From positions 960,001-1,024,000 of the forward strand of contig CAWIBO010000002.1 in the NCBI GenBank assembly GCA_963834385.1: DNA of 64,000 nt, given 5' to 3'. Positions 28,914 through 38,544 of the stretch are shown here, one piece after another. The position numbers were made by a program, and so were the translations under genes. Under the pieces are notes generated by a model that was given only the letters and a program-made list of their open reading frames with translations, did not search any database and had not been told where the DNA came from. The number at the start of each line of letters is the position of its first letter. The stretch's first letter is position 1. This DNA is from an uncultured Verrucomicrobiae bacterium (GTDB lineage Bacteria; Verrucomicrobiota; Verrucomicrobiia; Chthoniobacterales; UBA10450).

Positions 28914-29479
28914 GTCAGGCTGCCTCGCATTCTAAGCAGACCCCGCCGAATCCTGGCTTTAACCGTGCCAAGGGGTTCCCCGGATTGTTCCGCTATTTCG
29001 AGGTGAGTCATGTGTCCAAAAAATGCCAGCTCAATGGCCGCCCGCTGATCCGGCGGCAGCTTTTGCAGGGCCGCCCGGGCCCGGGCGGTTTCGTCGCTGG
29101 TCTCTGCGGTATCCGCCGCATCCGGCACCTCAGACGCAATCTCGGCCGCACCACTTTCCTCAAGCGGCGTGGTCGCGACCAGCCGGGTGCGCCGTCCCCG
29201 GGCGCGCAAACGATCGATCACGCGGGACCGCGTCATCATCACGGCCCAGCTGAAGACGCTGCTCTGGGTGGCCTGGTAACTGGCCGCCCGCTTCCAGATC
29301 TGCACGGAAACCTCCTGCAACGCGTCCTCCGCCTCTGTCGGGTCGCCCATCATCTTCAGGATCATGGAATAGAGCGGCCGGTGCAGCCGGTCGTAAAGCG
29401 CGGAGAAAGCCTCCTGGTCGCCGCCGGCGACGCGCGCGATGAGAGACTTGTCCGCCTCCTGTTGGCTTGCGACATCCAT
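28910..29479 (-). CDS. ECF RNA polymerase sigma-70 factor (SigK-like)
   Basis: GDQEAFSALYDR, AEDALQE, TRSRVIDRLR, LP..QR.AIELAFF, EIA...GEPLGTVKARIRRG. Confidence 0.92.
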   Translation of the reverse strand: MDVASQQEADKSLIARVAGGDQEAFSALYDRLHRPLYSMILKMMGDPTEAEDALQEVSVQIWKRAASYQATQSSVFSWAVMMTRSRVIDRLRARGRRTRLVATTPLEESGAAEIASEVPDAADTAETSDETARARAALQKLPPDQRAAIELAFFGHMTHLEIAEQSGEPLGTVKARIRRGLLRMRGSLT

Positions 29480-29555
29480 GCGACGAGTTCGCCTTAGTGC
29501 AGGGGTTCTCCTGCCGCAAGGCGAGAAAAATCAGACCCGGTCCATCGGAGCGCGC

Positions 29556-30047
29556 TTAACGCCCGCGGGGTTGAAACTTGAGCGCGACCCCATTGATGCA
29601 GTAACGCAACCCGGTGGGCTGCGGACCATCGTCGAAGACGTGCCCGAGGTGGGAACCGCAACGCGCGCACAGCACTTCGTTGCGCTGCATGCCCATGCTG
29701 CTGTCATCCGCCGTGCTCACATGGGCGGGGACGAGCGGCTCATAAAAACTCGGCCAGCCGGTGCCCGATTCGAATTTCGTTTCGCTGGCAAAAAGAGGCA
29801 GGGCACAGGCGGCGCAGACGAACACGCCCGGCCGTTTCTCACGCAGGAGCGGGCTGGTGAAGGGCATCTCGGTCCCTTTCTCCCGGAGCACGCGATACTC
29901 GGCCTTGCTCAGGGCAGCCTGCCATTCCGCTTCGCTCCGCGAAATCTTTTGCGCCACGGCAGGCTCCGCGCCGGCCGCCGCCGGGGTTTCCGCGGCTTCG
30001 AGGCCCGAGAGCGCCGCGAGGGCAAGAAGGAAAAGAAGCAGTTTCAT
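29556..30047 (-). CDS. msrB: Peptide-methionine (R)-S-oxide reductase with signal peptide
   Basis: GTE.PF, CAAC, KFESGTGWPSF, CARCGSHLGHVFDDGP.PTGLRYCIN. Confidence 0.95.
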   Translation of the reverse strand: MKLLLFLLALAALSGLEAAETPAAAGAEPAVAQKISRSEAEWQAALSKAEYRVLREKGTEMPFTSPLLREKRPGVFVCAACALPLFASETKFESGTGWPSFYEPLVPAHVSTADDSSMGMQRNEVLCARCGSHLGHVFDDGPQPTGLRYCINGVALKFQPRGR

Positions 30048-30143
30048 GTCTCTATATGGACATTCGAAGGGGACCACGGTTCAGATGCCGTCGGAAAAAT
30101 TTTCGGAAGGAAAATCGAGCCTTCCTCAATCGCCGGGAAACCC

Positions 30144-30392
30144 TCAGGCCGGCTGCGGTTGCCGGCGGCGCCGGCCCCAGCGCTTGTTCGTCAGTTCCAG
30201 GCTGACGACATCCTTACCGTCGAACGGCACAAAGGGATGGCCCCGCACCGCGGCCACGATGGCGCAGGCATAAATCGCCACCTCGCGATAAACCCGACCG
30301 TTGCGCAGACGGACGGAGGCAATATGAAGATCATTGCCGCTGTCGGGCTGATCGAGCAGGAACTGGGTCAGGTTCGGCGGGAGCGTGTTCAT
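30144..30392 (-). CDS. Small hypothetical protein (82 aa)
   Basis: MNTLPPNLTQFLLDQPDSG...VRLRNGRVYREVAI...PFDGKDVVSLEL; fills the intergenic gap with plausible globular composition. Confidence 0.55.
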   Translation of the reverse strand: MNTLPPNLTQFLLDQPDSGNDLHIASVRLRNGRVYREVAIYACAIVAAVRGHPFVPFDGKDVVSLELTNKRWGRRRRQPQPA

Positions 30393-30485
30393 CACAAGGG
30401 GTAAAGGGAATTCGCATCCGGGGATCCGTTTGCGCGTCTGCCGCGGCGATTGACGCCAGGCGCGCCCATGCGTGAGACTGCGCCC

Positions 30486-31559
30486 ATGGAGTGTCCGATC
30501 ACGCACGGGCGAAAGCCGGAATATTACGGCGATTACCTCGCGATCGAGCAGCTTCTCTCGCTCCAGAAACCGCTCTCGCTGGAAAAGGGAAACCTGCTCG
30601 CGCACGACGAGATGCTCTTCATCATCATCCATCAGGCCTACGAACTCTGGTTCAAACAGATCCTGCATGAAGTCCGGGCCTGCGGGGAGGTCCTGAGCAA
30701 ACCGGCCGCGGATGACGACGGGCCGGACATGAACATGGTGGTGCACCGCTTCCGTCGCGTGGTCGAGATCTGGAAACTGCTCAACCACCAGGTCGACGTG
30801 CTCGAGACGATGACCCCGCTCGATTTCCTCGAGTTTCGCGAACATCTGCATGGTGCTTCCGGTTTCCAAAGCCGGCAGTTCCGCGAGATCGAGGCCGGGC
30901 TCGGCCTGAAAATGGAAAATCGGTTCCGGCCCGATTACTACAAGCACTCCGAGCTCGGCGGCTTCCAGGAGGAGGACCTCAAGGCGATCACCGAGGCGGA
31001 AACCTCGCCCTCAATCCTCCAGATGGTCGAGCGCTGGCTCGCGCGCGCGCCCTTCTTCGAGGAAACCTTCTGGAAGGAATGGGGAGAGGCGGGGGATCGG
31101 CCGGCTTTCTGGACGCGTTACCGCAGTCTTTTTGGGCAGAGCCTGTCCGAGCGGGATGAGAAAACGGAACTGCTGCGCCGGTTCGACGAGATCTTTTTCG
31201 AGCAGGGCTCGGGCGATTTTTCACCCGCCTCCTTGCGGACCGCGCTCTTCATCATGCTTTACCGCGACGAACCGCTCTTTCGGCTCCCGTTCCAGCTCCT
31301 GAACGCGCTGATCGAGATTGATGAACAGCTGGCCAACTTCCGCTACCGGCATCTCCAGATGGTGCGGCGCATGATCGGCGTCCGCGTCGGCACCGGCGGC
31401 TCGAGCGGCGAGCAGTATCTGCAGGGGGCGGTAAACAAGAACTACATTTTCAAGGAGTTGACCGGCGTGATCACCTTCCTCATCGAGCGTCATAATCTTC
31501 CGCAGCTGCCGGCGCGTCTTCGTCAGGTTTTGCGCTTTTCCAGCGCGACCCCGGCCTAG
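30486..31559 (+). CDS. kynA: Tryptophan 2,3-dioxygenase (long form)
   Basis: YGDYL.IEQLLSLQ, HDEMLFIIIHQAYELWFKQ, LETMTPLDF, ASGFQS.QFR.IE, RMIG...GTGGSSG. Confidence 0.95.
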   Translation: MECPITHGRKPEYYGDYLAIEQLLSLQKPLSLEKGNLLAHDEMLFIIIHQAYELWFKQILHEVRACGEVLSKPAADDDGPDMNMVVHRFRRVVEIWKLLNHQVDVLETMTPLDFLEFREHLHGASGFQSRQFREIEAGLGLKMENRFRPDYYKHSELGGFQEEDLKAITEAETSPSILQMVERWLARAPFFEETFWKEWGEAGDRPAFWTRYRSLFGQSLSERDEKTELLRRFDEIFFEQGSGDFSPASLRTALFIMLYRDEPLFRLPFQLLNALIEIDEQLANFRYRHLQMVRRMIGVRVGTGGSSGEQYLQGAVNKNYIFKELTGVITFLIERHNLPQLPARLRQVLRFSSATPA

Positions 31560-31579
31560 CCGGACCCGGAGACCGTCCG

Positions 31580-33034
31580 GTGACGCGCACGCTCTGCCTG
31601 CTGCTGCTGGGGGCCGCGGTTCTCCTGGCGTTTTCCGCCCGCCTGGCCGGTCCCAGCGCCATGCACCGGTTTGATCAACCGCGCACGGTGGCTTACACCG
31701 CCGACATCGCGCGGCATGGCCGCTGGCTCCTTCCCCGCGACATGGAAGGGAACCCCTCAACCAAACCACCGCTGGTGAACTGGGCTGCGGCGCCGCTGCT
31801 TCGCCTCGGTTTCTGGCATGAACCCGCCGTCAAATTTCCCATGCTCCTGGCCAGCCTGGTCACGGTGGCGCTTTGCTTTTACGCCGGTCGCTTCTTCACC
31901 CGCGGCCTGCCCGGAGTCGACGCGCAAAATTCCGTCGTCCTCGGCGCCGTCACGGCCCTGGCCTGGATCGGGAACCCGGCCAATATCAACATGATCTACC
32001 ACGCGCGGCCCGATCCGGTGCTGGTGGCGTTTCTGACCGGCGCGTGGCTCAGCGGCACACGCCTCCTGGCTGATAACAACCGACGCCGGGACCTGGCACT
32101 CATTTTCTGGCTTTGCCTGGGGCTGGGCGCGCTGACCAAGGGGCCGCCCGCGCTGGTGCCGCTCGTTTATGTAGTCCTCGCGGCGCGCCTGCTCCATGGA
32201 CGCTGGTCAATCCTGCGCCGGCTTCACGCGAGCTGGGGCGCTCCCCTGGCCCTGGGTCTTTTCCTGGCCTGGCTGGTTCCGCTCGCTTTTTTCCATCCCG
32301 ACCACCTGCGCGACACCCTCTTCCGCGGACAAATTCTCGCGCCGCTTTTCGGCCTGGGAAAAACGTTTGGCAATCCCGACATCACCAGTGCCGGCCCGCT
32401 CACCATCCTGCTCGATCTCTACAAGAACCCGCTTTGGTTCCTGCAGCGCTTCGTCCCCTGGTCGTTCGCGGCGATCGCGGGCGTGATCGTGCTGGTCCGC
32501 CACGGCGGCCGGCGGCATCCGCTCGCCCCGGCGGCGCTCTGGCTCGCGGTGGTGCTTGGATTCTTCAGTCTGGTGGCCGACAAAACGGCCGATTACATCC
32601 TCCCGGCCTATCCCGCGGCGGCGCTCCTCGCCGCCTGGTGGCTGACACGAATTCTGTCGCGGATCGGGCTGCCGCCAATCGCGCCGGTGCTGCTTGCGTT
32701 CGCGTTAGTCTGCGGGTTCGCGGCCGAAACGGTCTGGTTCAGCTCGGCGGCGCGTGATCCCTTGGGCGAAAAGACAAAGGCGTTCGCCCGGGAAATCCGC
32801 ACCGTCACGGGAGGCGGTAAGATTGTTTTCGTGCGGAGCGGTTATAACAACCTGCAGTTCCTGCTCGAAACCAACCAGGCGGGTGAGCCGACCGAAGCCC
32901 TCCTGCGGGAGGCGCGCTGGTTGGTCGCTCCGCCGCAGAACGGGGCCACGCCAATTCTGCTTTCCCGGGAGCTGCCGGGAGTAGAGAAAAGCCGGGACAA
33001 CCCGGAGGGCCGGCTGGCGCTCTACCGGAGATAA
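31580..33034 (+). CDS. ArnT/PMT-like (GT-C, GT83/GT39) glycosyltransferase
   Basis: G.WLLP...KPPL.NW, ARPD, GLGALTKGP..L, PWS, K...YILPAYP. Confidence 0.82.
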   Translation: MTRTLCLLLLGAAVLLAFSARLAGPSAMHRFDQPRTVAYTADIARHGRWLLPRDMEGNPSTKPPLVNWAAAPLLRLGFWHEPAVKFPMLLASLVTVALCFYAGRFFTRGLPGVDAQNSVVLGAVTALAWIGNPANINMIYHARPDPVLVAFLTGAWLSGTRLLADNNRRRDLALIFWLCLGLGALTKGPPALVPLVYVVLAARLLHGRWSILRRLHASWGAPLALGLFLAWLVPLAFFHPDHLRDTLFRGQILAPLFGLGKTFGNPDITSAGPLTILLDLYKNPLWFLQRFVPWSFAAIAGVIVLVRHGGRRHPLAPAALWLAVVLGFFSLVADKTADYILPAYPAAALLAAWWLTRILSRIGLPPIAPVLLAFALVCGFAAETVWFSSAARDPLGEKTKAFAREIRTVTGGGKIVFVRSGYNNLQFLLETNQAGEPTEALLREARWLVAPPQNGATPILLSRELPGVEKSRDNPEGRLALYRR

Positions 33035-33064
33035 CCCTCGGTCCAAGCCGCGGCTGCGGCCGGC

Positions 33065-33581
33065 CTATTTTTCGGGCCCGGCCGGGTGATAGAGCCCAAG
33101 GAAACTGGTGTTCCAGGTTTTCCCGCCGTCCGGCGAGATTTCCCAGTGCTGCTGCACGATGCCATCCGGCTGCGGCGTCCAGGTGATCCGATTGACAATC
33201 CTTTTCGGCTCCGCCGCCTTCCCCGGTAAGGATCATGGAATCGCCCTCGCGCCCGCCTTTCAGGCGCAGGGCGACGCCGTCGGCCCCCATCCAGTATTGA
33301 TGCCATTTTTCGGTGGCCGCGTCGTAGAAGTTGACGCTCAGGCCGCGCCCGCCCCGGGCGCTTTCCCACTGTTCGCGCAGGGCGCACCCGCTGGCCTGCC
33401 GGGTTATTTCATTCCGGCCAAGGACGTTGCCCTGCTGGTCTTTCACGGTCCAGCGCCCCAGCCAGAAATCGAACTGCCGGTATTCCGCGGCGGTGCAGGC
33501 GGCGGGCGGCGGCGCGGCGGGGGCAGGCGAAGGCGAGGGCGACGCCGCCAGGGCGAGAAGTCCCAGGAGCAATGTGTTCAT
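33065..33581 (-). CDS. Secreted hypothetical beta-rich protein; frameshift near 33200
   Basis: Signal peptide, C...EYRQFDFWLG.W, GCALREQW; shifted frame continues IVNRITWTPQPDG.VQQHWE.S.DGGKTW..SFLGLY...* (stop 33065). Confidence 0.7.
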
Positions 33582-33654
33582 GGCCAAGGATAGGGCGGCC
33601 GGGCGCCGGCGGGCGAGACTGGAATGCGCCCGGGTCTGCCGTTAGTTTGCTCTT

Positions 33655-34462
33655 ATGCGCATGAGGGGATGGCTGGTTTTCCTGTTCCTGCCGGCGGCGC
33701 TCCAGGCGACGGAGATCACCAGCCGGCCCGACCTTGGCGCTCTCTTTAAAAAGGAGGGAGTGACCGGGACGTTTGTCCTGCTTCATCCCCGGGACGACAC
33801 GCGCCATCGTCTGGAACGAGACCCGGGCGAGCGAGCGTTTCGTGCCCGCTTCCACCTTCAAGATTGCCAATTCGTTGATCGGTCTGGAGGTGGGCGCCGT
33901 CCGCGACGTGGAGGAAGTTCTGCCCTATGGCGGCCGACCGCAGCGCCTGAAATCGTGGGAGAAGGACATGAACCTGCGCGCGGCGATCAAGGCCTCCAAC
34001 GTGCCCGTTTACCGGGAACTGGCGCGGCGCATCGGCCTGGAGCGCATGCGCGAGCAACTGCGCCGACTGGACTATGGCAACGGGGAGACAGGGGCGGTGG
34101 TCGACCAGTTCTGGCTGGAAGGCCCGCTGGCCATTTCCGCGCTGGAACAAACCCGTTTCCTCCGGCGACTGGGGCGCGGCGAACTTCCCCTGCGCCGGGA
34201 GACCATGGAAGCCGTCCGGGAGATCACGCTGCTCGAGCGCATCGGCGACGCGGCCCTGCACGGCAAGACCGGCTGGCATTGGCCAAGTGATGGGGGACAA
34301 CAAATCGGCTGGTGGGTTGGCTGGGTGGAACGGGAGGGCCGCATCCATGCCTTCGCCCTCAATCTCGACATCGCCTCGGAGCGCGATGCCGCCCGCCGGT
34401 TGCCCCTCGGCCGCGCCTGCCTGGCCGCGCTCGACATCCTCCCGCTCCCCGGGAGCGATTGA
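33655..34462 (+). CDS. Class D beta-lactamase (OXA-like); +1 frameshift in the C-run near 33788
   Basis: Signal peptide (33655 frame) joins the frame with PASTFK, SNV, YGN, FWL.GPL.IS..EQ, GKTG, GWWVGWVE. Confidence 0.88.
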
Positions 34463-34541
34463 CTCCGGGACGTCCGCCCGGGGCGCGCCGTGCGTTTTTG
34501 GCAATGACCGCCGGTCCTCACGTGCCCGGCCGGTCGTCATT

Positions 34542-35630
34542 ATGAAAGTGCCCTGGCGTTCCAAGCTTCTCTGGTCATTGCTTCTCGTGGTCGTCGCGCT
34601 CATCATCGCGCGCGCCCTCCTCCCGTTCTGGGTGCGCGATTATGTGAACCGGAAATTGGACGAGCTGCCGGATTACGACGGCCGGATCCGGGAGGTCGAC
34701 ATTCATCTCTGGCGCGGCGCCTACAGCATCCACGGCATCGACATCGTCAAAACGTCGGGCGACGTTCCGGTCCCCTTCTTTTCCGGGCCCGCGGTCGATC
34801 TCTCGGTGGAATGGAAGGCTCTCTGGCACGGCGCCTTCGTCGGCGAAATTCATTTCGAGAAACCGAAGCTCAATTTCGTCAAGGGCCGCAGCGAGGCCAC
34901 CTCCCAGGTCGGCCTCGACCAGCCCTGGACGGAAAAGATCCGCGAACTTTTCCCGCTCAAGATCAACCGGGCCACGGTCTCGGGCGGCGAGATCCATTAT
35001 CGCGACTACGGCAAATCTCCCGACATCGACGTGGTGATCGACAACGTCCGGATGGTGGCGACGAACCTGACCAACAGCCGCGATCTGTCGGAGACCCTGG
35101 CAGCCGAGCTGGAGATCGCCGGGCGTCCTTTGCGCCAGGGCGAAGTGGAAGCGAAGGCCAAAATCGATCCCTACGCGGAAAAACCGACCTTTGACCTGCA
35201 GCTCGAGATGGAAAAAATTCCGCTGACCGAGTTCAACCGCTTTGCCAAGGCTTATGCCGGGATCACCTTCGAGGCCGGCACCCTCGCCCTTGCCACCGAG
35301 ATGCGTTCGCGCAACGGCCGTTTCACCGGCTACGTCGAGCCGGTCTTCGACAAGATGGCCATCTTCGACCCGACGGAGGACACGGAAAACCCGATCGACT
35401 TCATCTGGCAGGGCATCGTCGGCGGGATCACCCGGATCATTCGCAATCATCCACGCGACCGGTTCGGGACCAAGGTGCCAATCTCCGGCAATTTCGATAA
35501 TCCGGCCCCGGCGGTCCTGGAAACGGTCTTCAACGTTTTCCGGAACGCGTTTGTGCGGGCTTTCGAGGGGAAACTCGAGAGCGATCCTGACCTGCCGAAG
35601 CTGGAGGCCGGCAAGGAAAAGGAGAAGTAG
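34542..35630 (+). CDS. DUF748/AsmA-like protein
   Basis: N-terminal TM, LP..VRDYVN, beta-rich body, N.PRD.FGTKVPISG, FRNAFV.A. Confidence 0.75.
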   Translation: MKVPWRSKLLWSLLLVVVALIIARALLPFWVRDYVNRKLDELPDYDGRIREVDIHLWRGAYSIHGIDIVKTSGDVPVPFFSGPAVDLSVEWKALWHGAFVGEIHFEKPKLNFVKGRSEATSQVGLDQPWTEKIRELFPLKINRATVSGGEIHYRDYGKSPDIDVVIDNVRMVATNLTNSRDLSETLAAELEIAGRPLRQGEVEAKAKIDPYAEKPTFDLQLEMEKIPLTEFNRFAKAYAGITFEAGTLALATEMRSRNGRFTGYVEPVFDKMAIFDPTEDTENPIDFIWQGIVGGITRIIRNHPRDRFGTKVPISGNFDNPAPAVLETVFNVFRNAFVRAFEGKLESDPDLPKLEAGKEKEK

Positions 35631-35713
35631 GTTCAGCGACGCCCGGAAAAAGAAGAAGGCGGCGGCGCGTCGCGGCCTTGCTCCCACTGCCGGCACACGG
35701 CAACCTCTCCCGC

Positions 35714-36709
35714 GTGATTATCTTCCACCGCCCCGGCGAAAAAGGAATCGAGCTGACCGAGCTGGGGCAATGTCCCGCCCTGTGCGAAGGGGCCGTCTGG
35801 ATCGACGTCTGCGAACCAACGCGCGAGGAGGAACGCGACCTCGAGGCGACCCTCGGGCTGAATGTGCCCACGCGGGAAGAGATGCAGGCAATCGAACTCT
35901 CGAGCCGCCTCTACCGGGAGGGCGACATCCTTTACATGACCGGCACCGTGCTGACGAAGGCGCACGTGGAACGGCCGCAGAGCACCGCCATCACCTTCAT
36001 TCTCATGCGCGACCGCCTTGTCACCCTGCGCTACGAATCGCCCCTCTCCTTCCAGGCGTTCCGTGCCCGGCGCGATGCCCATCCGGAGCGCTATCTCACG
36101 GCGAACGACAACCTGGTCGGGTTGATCGACGCGGTGGTGGAGCGGGTGGCGGACATCCTGGAGAATGTCGGCGTGAGCCTGGACCGGATCTCGGAGGAGA
36201 TCTTCGAGGCCAACCGGAAGAGCGGCATCCCGGGGAAAGTCGGCCCGATTGATTTCGTGGCGATCCTGCGGCGGATCGGATTAAACAGCGACCTGGTCTC
36301 GCGCGTGCGCGAGAGCATGGTCAGTTTCACCCGCCTGATGACGTTCTTCCGGGAGGCCCAAAAGGAGGGCCAGGGCGGAACCGCCCGGGAATCGCTGGCC
36401 CACCTGAAAACCGTGGTGGCCGACCTGAGTTCCCTGAGCGATCACGCCACCTTTCTTGCCGGGAAAGTCGGCTTTCTGCTCGATGCCACCCTGGGGCTGA
36501 TCAACAACGAGCAGAACCGCATCATCAAGATTGTCTCGCTGGCCGCGGTCATTTTCCTGCCGCCCACGCTCGTGGCCAGTGTTTATGGGATGAACTTCGC
36601 TCACATGCCGGAGCTGGCCTGGGCCGCAGGCTATCCCTTTGCTCTCCTTCTCATGGTCATCTCCGCGGTCCTGCCCTATTTGTTTTTCAAAAGGAAGGGC
36701 TGGCTCTGA
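35714..36709 (+). CDS. corA: CorA-family magnesium transporter
   Basis: WID...PT.EE, IELSSRLY, FLPPTLVASVYGMNF..MPEL, FKRKGWL. Confidence 0.93.
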   Translation: MIIFHRPGEKGIELTELGQCPALCEGAVWIDVCEPTREEERDLEATLGLNVPTREEMQAIELSSRLYREGDILYMTGTVLTKAHVERPQSTAITFILMRDRLVTLRYESPLSFQAFRARRDAHPERYLTANDNLVGLIDAVVERVADILENVGVSLDRISEEIFEANRKSGIPGKVGPIDFVAILRRIGLNSDLVSRVRESMVSFTRLMTFFREAQKEGQGGTARESLAHLKTVVADLSSLSDHATFLAGKVGFLLDATLGLINNEQNRIIKIVSLAAVIFLPPTLVASVYGMNFAHMPELAWAAGYPFALLLMVISAVLPYLFFKRKGWL

Positions 36710-36750
36710 TTCCGGCAACCGGCAGACCCGCTCGCACCGAAGAGTAACGA

Positions 36751-38544
36751 ATGACTTTCGAGATCGGCCTGCTTTTCTTTTTTGTCCTGGTCGCGCTCAC
36801 CCTGTTTGCCACGGAATGGGTCGAGGCGGACGTGACCGCGCTCGGTCTCCTGATCGCCATGGTGCTGACGGGACTGCTCCCGCCCGACCGCGCCTTTGCC
36901 GGCTTTGGAAGCGACACCGTGATCATGATTCTCGGCCTGCTTATTCTGACGGCGGCCCTCATGCGTACGGGGGTGATGGATTTGGTGGGCCGCTTCATTG
37001 TGCGCCATACCGGTGAGTCGCCCGGCCGCCTGCAACCGGTGGTGATGACCTCGGCGGCCGGCCTGAGCGCCTTTATGAGCAACACGGCGGCGACGGCGTT
37101 CTTCGTCCCGGTCATCTTTGGCATTGCCCGGCGCGCGCGCATCAGCCCCTCCAAGCTGCTGATGCCGCTCGCCTTTGCCACCATCATGGCCGGCACAATC
37201 ACGCTCATCGGCACCTCCACCAACGTGGTCGTGAGCGGCATGATGACGCAATACAATCTGCCGCCCATGGGAATGTTCGAGCTGGCGCCGGTGGGCCTCC
37301 CCATCACTCTTCTCGGCCTGGCCTACATGATGACGCTCGGAAGGCGCCTCATCCCCGACCGGTTCAGCAGCGAGGAAGTGGAAGGTGGCGCGCGCCAGTT
37401 GCGCGACTACCTGAGCGAAGTCGTCGTTCTACCGAAGAGCAAACTGATCGGCCAGACCATCGCCGAGTCTGGCTTTGGACGCGACCTCGACCTGACAGTG
37501 CTCAAGATCACGCGCGACAAGACGCGTTCCATCCCGCCCCGGGCTGACACCATCCTGAAGGAGGGCGATGTCGTCCTTGTCCAGGGCAGCACGGACGAGA
37601 TTCTCAAGATCAAGGACACCGCGGGGATCGACATCAAAGCGGACGTCGAGCTGGCCGATCCGCATCTCGAGGACAAGGACACCGGCATGGTGGAAATGAT
37701 CATTCTTCCCGCCTCGCCCTTGATCCACAGCACGCTGCGGAACCAGCGATTCCGCGAGCGCTACGGTCTGCAGGTGCTCGGGGTCAACCGCCACGGGCAG
37801 CGGCTAAGCCGGCGCCTGAGCACCGAGCCGCTCCAGCTCGGTGACGTTCTCCTGGTGCAGGGACCCAAGGCGCGGCTCCAGGAAACGGCGAGCGACCCCA
37901 GTTTCCGCATCCTGGGCGATCTCTCCTCTTCGCGGCCGAACACGAGCCGGGCGCCCCTCGCCATCGGCATCTTCGTTTTCATCCTTGGCCTGGCCACCTT
38001 CGAGGTCCTCTCGTTGCCGGTCGCGGTCATGCTCGGCGCGCTCCTTGTCTTCGTGACCCGCTGCATCACCCCGGAGGAGGCCTACCGCGACCTCGAATGG
38101 AAGGCGATCATCCTGATCGGGAGCATGCTCGGCCTCGGGGTGGCCATGGAACAAACCGGCGCAGCCCAGTATCTCTCCAGCCTGATCATCGACGCGGGCG
38201 GCATCTCCCACCCGCTGGTTCTGCTCGGCGGTTTCTTTGTCATCACCGTGATCCTGACCCAGCCGATGTCGAACCAGGCCGCGGCCATTGTCATCCTCCC
38301 GATTGCCTTGCAGACCGCCTACCAGTTGCAGCTCAATCCCCGGCCTTTTGCCATGATGATCGCGCTGGCGGCGAGCTGTTCCTTTATCACCCCGCTCGAG
38401 CCCTCCTGCATCCTGGTCTATGGCGCCGGGCGCTACCGTTTCGCCGACTTTTTGCGCGTGGGCAGCGTGCTCACGGTCCTGATTTTTATCCTCGCGCTTC
38501 TTCTCGTCCCGCTGGTCTGGCCGCTCCAGCCAGCCGCGCCCTAG
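36751..38544 (+). CDS. SLC13-family permease with two TrkA_C (RCK_C) domains
   Basis: SAFMSNTA, SPSKLLMPL, TLIGTSTN, two central RCK_C repeats, MSNQAA, GRYRF.DF. Confidence 0.9.
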   Translation: MTFEIGLLFFFVLVALTLFATEWVEADVTALGLLIAMVLTGLLPPDRAFAGFGSDTVIMILGLLILTAALMRTGVMDLVGRFIVRHTGESPGRLQPVVMTSAAGLSAFMSNTAATAFFVPVIFGIARRARISPSKLLMPLAFATIMAGTITLIGTSTNVVVSGMMTQYNLPPMGMFELAPVGLPITLLGLAYMMTLGRRLIPDRFSSEEVEGGARQLRDYLSEVVVLPKSKLIGQTIAESGFGRDLDLTVLKITRDKTRSIPPRADTILKEGDVVLVQGSTDEILKIKDTAGIDIKADVELADPHLEDKDTGMVEMIILPASPLIHSTLRNQRFRERYGLQVLGVNRHGQRLSRRLSTEPLQLGDVLLVQGPKARLQETASDPSFRILGDLSSSRPNTSRAPLAIGIFVFILGLATFEVLSLPVAVMLGALLVFVTRCITPEEAYRDLEWKAIILIGSMLGLGVAMEQTGAAQYLSSLIIDAGGISHPLVLLGGFFVITVILTQPMSNQAAAIVILPIALQTAYQLQLNPRPFAMMIALAASCSFITPLEPSCILVYGAGRYRFADFLRVGSVLTVLIFILALLLVPLVWPLQPAAP

